This document shows positions 61,660 through 64,000 of a stretch of 64,000 bases of DNA, one piece after another (position 1 is the stretch's first letter; every line of letters starts with the position of its first letter). The DNA lies in NCBI RefSeq assembly GCF_034521535.1, contig NZ_JAXHMF010000004.1, forward strand, positions 19,870 through 83,869, written 5' to 3'. Under the pieces are notes generated by a model. The model worked only from the letters and a program-made list of their open reading frames with translations, ran no database searches and had not been told where the DNA came from. The position numbers and the translations under genes were made by a program. Origin of the DNA: Rhodohalobacter sp. Its GTDB lineage: Bacteria; Bacteroidota; Rhodothermia; Balneolales; Balneolaceae.

Positions 61660-61829
61660 CGGTTGCCAGAGATTCCCAAAGGGGACGGATCTTCGTGAGG
61701 TGACCGATCAGCGTATTAAAACCGTTGAGCGTCACCTCAATAATCGACCTATTCGAAAATTTGATTACCTTTCACCCATTCAAAAAACCCTAAAGCACCG
61801 CGCTGTTGCACTAATGACTTGAACACGGC
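61660..61829 (+). mobile_element. IS30-family transposase 3' remnant with right end
   Basis: FPKGTDLREVTDQRIKTVERHLNNRPIRKFDYLSP...VALMT* and end sequence gttgcactaatgacttgaacacggc. Confidence 0.8.
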
Positions 61830-61976
61830 ATATAAAAACATTAAAAGAGTCAATCTAATAAATCCGTTTTTTGCAAATGGTTGTGAAAGAATATTTAGTC
61901 AAATATAACAACCATTTGTTTTTACTACTAAGACACATAGCCAAGGGAGTACGCAAAGTAGAAAAAAAAGAGTACA

Positions 61977-64000
61977 CTATTCTTCCTTAGCAGGCGCGCG
62001 GCGGTTGTCATTTGAGATGGTATCAATAAGTTTGTTGTAAGGATCGATACCAACTGAAACCGGTTTTTCATTCACTGTAATACTAAACTCATTCATGATG
62101 TCAGTGAATTTACGTTTTTCGAGATAGAGAACGGTTTCATCTCCATCCTCATCCACTCCAAACACACCCACTTCTATCCAGTCGCTGAGCGGCAGTGATT
62201 CAATCGGTCTGCGGCGACCTTCCACTTCTACAGAAAGACTGTCTCCGGCAGCATTTTTATAGATTCGCTCTCCCGTTTCACCGGCCCGGTATTTGGCAGT
62301 CTGCAGCGTCAAATCAACTTTGTAAGTTGTACTGTCAACTTCGGTATAGGTAGCTTCCTCCACACGGTTATCGTACAGTGTGATGGTTTCAAACATATCC
62401 GTAATAAGATACTGCATAGAATCGGGCGTCGCCTCTTTCAGGTACTCCACCAGTTCCAATGAAATGGTGTATGGCGGTTCCTGGAAACCAACGTCATCGA
62501 TATAATCGCTGAGAGCGGCATTTAACCTGTCTTCGCCGATGTAATCACTGAGTGCATAGAACACAAGTGATCCTTTGTTATAGTGGATGTACTGCTGATT
62601 CTCATTGTATATCAGCGGCATCTCTTCTCTTGATTCTGTTGTTCGCCCGAGCAAATATCTGTCGAGAGCTTCCTTCAGGAACCGGCGCATTTGATGGACT
62701 CCATACTCTTTTTCCAGCACTTTCAGGGCGCTGTACTCCGAAAGGCTTTCCGATAGCATCGTTGCTCCCTGTACATTGCCTCCTATCACCTGATGGGCCC
62801 ACCACTGATGCGCCACCTCATGTGCGGTAATGCTGAAAGGATAGTTTACGGCGTCTTTATCCGTAGTATCCACATCCGCAATAAAACCGACGGCTTCAGA
62901 ATAGGGAACTGTATTGGCAAATGATTGTGCAAAGCTTCCGCCTGTTCTCGGAAACTCAATGATGCGAAGCTGACGAAACTGGTACGGGCTGAAATTTTCC
63001 GTGTAATAATCGAGAGATTTCTTAACCCCATCGATCATATAATCCAGATTGTAGGTGTGATCGGGATGATGATAGATCTCGATATTGACATCATTCCAGC
63101 TGTCCCGAACAACATCAAACTCCGCGGAAATGAACGAGTAAAAATTCACCATGGTACTGTCCATTTCGTAATGGAAATATCGCCGGCCATTCTCTTCCCA
63201 CTCATCCTGAAGGTAACCGGGTGCAATTGCAATCTGCTCGGGTGATGTTGAAATCGTGGTTTCAAAGTCGATCCAGTCAGCATCGCTGGAAATGTAATTG
63301 TTCATCCGTGCGATGCTATCCGTTGGCGGTGCCATACGATCTTTGGGTGGAAGACTGTAGCGCTCGCGGGCTTCTTCGCCACTCAATTCACCTGATTCCT
63401 GGTAACCGATTCTCGGGAAAAGCGAATTATTGATGAACGTGCCGTTATATCGAACCGGCGACTGATTTTCCAGCACCTCATTTGGCTCATTAGCCAGAGT
63501 GAAGTTAAAAGAGACCGAATCGCCGGGCATCAGGGATTCGGTGAGCTGAAAGATATCGTAATCCATGGTGTCGTCTTCCAACACCAAATTAAAATCGCGA
63601 TCAAATTCAAATGTACTGATCAGGTAATTATGATCTATATGAATGGAATCGATTGGTGCATCGGTCTTATTAACCAGTATGTAGTTTCCTCTCACCTCCA
63701 GATCCCTGGTTTCAGGATACAAATCAAGATTTATGCTTGTTGAAACGATGCGGGGTTGTGGGGCATTTTGAAATTTACCGTACGTTTTTTCGAACTGAGC
63801 CGCTCGCTGCTCCCATTCCTGAGACGAGACATACTCGTATTTGATGTTATTGACGTAATAAATCCACGATCCCATCCCCAAAAAACCAATCAGTGAAAGT
63901 GCAAAGATACCTTTAAGCTTTGGCGTAAACGCATCACGCGCATTCTGAAGGCGTTCTTTGAATCCACCCGGCAATCCTCTCCTGAAAAGCGCAATTGCAA
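61977..64000 (-). CDS. M1-family aminopeptidase domain, probably fused to an ABC-2 permease; 5' end outside the window
   Basis: QIAIAPGYL, YQFRQLRIIEFP, FAQSFANTVPYSE, HEVAHQWW...SESLSEY (HExxH..E), YNKGS; the frame is open to the window end (AIALFRRGLPGG) with a TM helix. Confidence 0.9.
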   Translation of the reverse strand, partial: AIALFRRGLPGGFKERLQNARDAFTPKLKGIFALSLIGFLGMGSWIYYVNNIKYEYVSSQEWEQRAAQFEKTYGKFQNAPQPRIVSTSINLDLYPETRDLEVRGNYILVNKTDAPIDSIHIDHNYLISTFEFDRDFNLVLEDDTMDYDIFQLTESLMPGDSVSFNFTLANEPNEVLENQSPVRYNGTFINNSLFPRIGYQESGELSGEEARERYSLPPKDRMAPPTDSIARMNNYISSDADWIDFETTISTSPEQIAIAPGYLQDEWEENGRRYFHYEMDSTMVNFYSFISAEFDVVRDSWNDVNIEIYHHPDHTYNLDYMIDGVKKSLDYYTENFSPYQFRQLRIIEFPRTGGSFAQSFANTVPYSEAVGFIADVDTTDKDAVNYPFSITAHEVAHQWWAHQVIGGNVQGATMLSESLSEYSALKVLEKEYGVHQMRRFLKEALDRYLLGRTTESREEMPLIYNENQQYIHYNKGSLVFYALSDYIGEDRLNAALSDYIDDVGFQEPPYTISLELVEYLKEATPDSMQYLITDMFETITLYDNRVEEATYTEVDSTTYKVDLTLQTAKYRAGETGERIYKNAAGDSLSVEVEGRRRPIESLPLSDWIEVGVFGVDEDGDETVLYLEKRKFTDIMNEFSITVNEKPVSVGIDPYNKLIDTISNDNRRAPAKEE

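Overview
Chromosomal window from a Bacteroidota-related bacterium. Gene content (SusC/SusD, T9SS C-terminal domains, DUF5103 plug protein, acidic proteins, a canonical sigma70/SD signal before nrdJ) suggests Balneolaceae (Rhodohalobacter-like); this is inference, not a database result. Most of the window is housekeeping: nei (partial), ispG, dapF, holB, ccmB, dacB, folD, truA, ald, citrate synthase, mazG, maf. It also holds a LacI-controlled starch/maltodextrin utilisation locus (GH13 plus SusC/D/E, three operators) and a cobalamin riboswitch-btuB-nrdJ region with a dense DnaA-box cluster (oriC candidate) between btuB and nrdJ. Intergenic DNA is full of REP-like hairpins and short TIR-bounded elements, and there is one disrupted IS200/RAYT-type transposase. 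The most unusual observations are: (1) two attC-like palindromes bounding a ~1.7 kb AT-rich, frame-broken gene and followed by a lipoprotein+GNAT pair, with no integrase in the window (58.2-60.9 kb); (2) a SusD carrying an in-frame inserted domain closely similar to a carbohydrate-binding module of the neighbouring SusE; (3) the DnaA-box cluster; (4) short TIR-bounded elements wrapping different REP cargoes. Three conserved genes carry single +1 insertions in short base runs, probably sequencing errors. No rRNA, tRNA or CRISPR array was seen.
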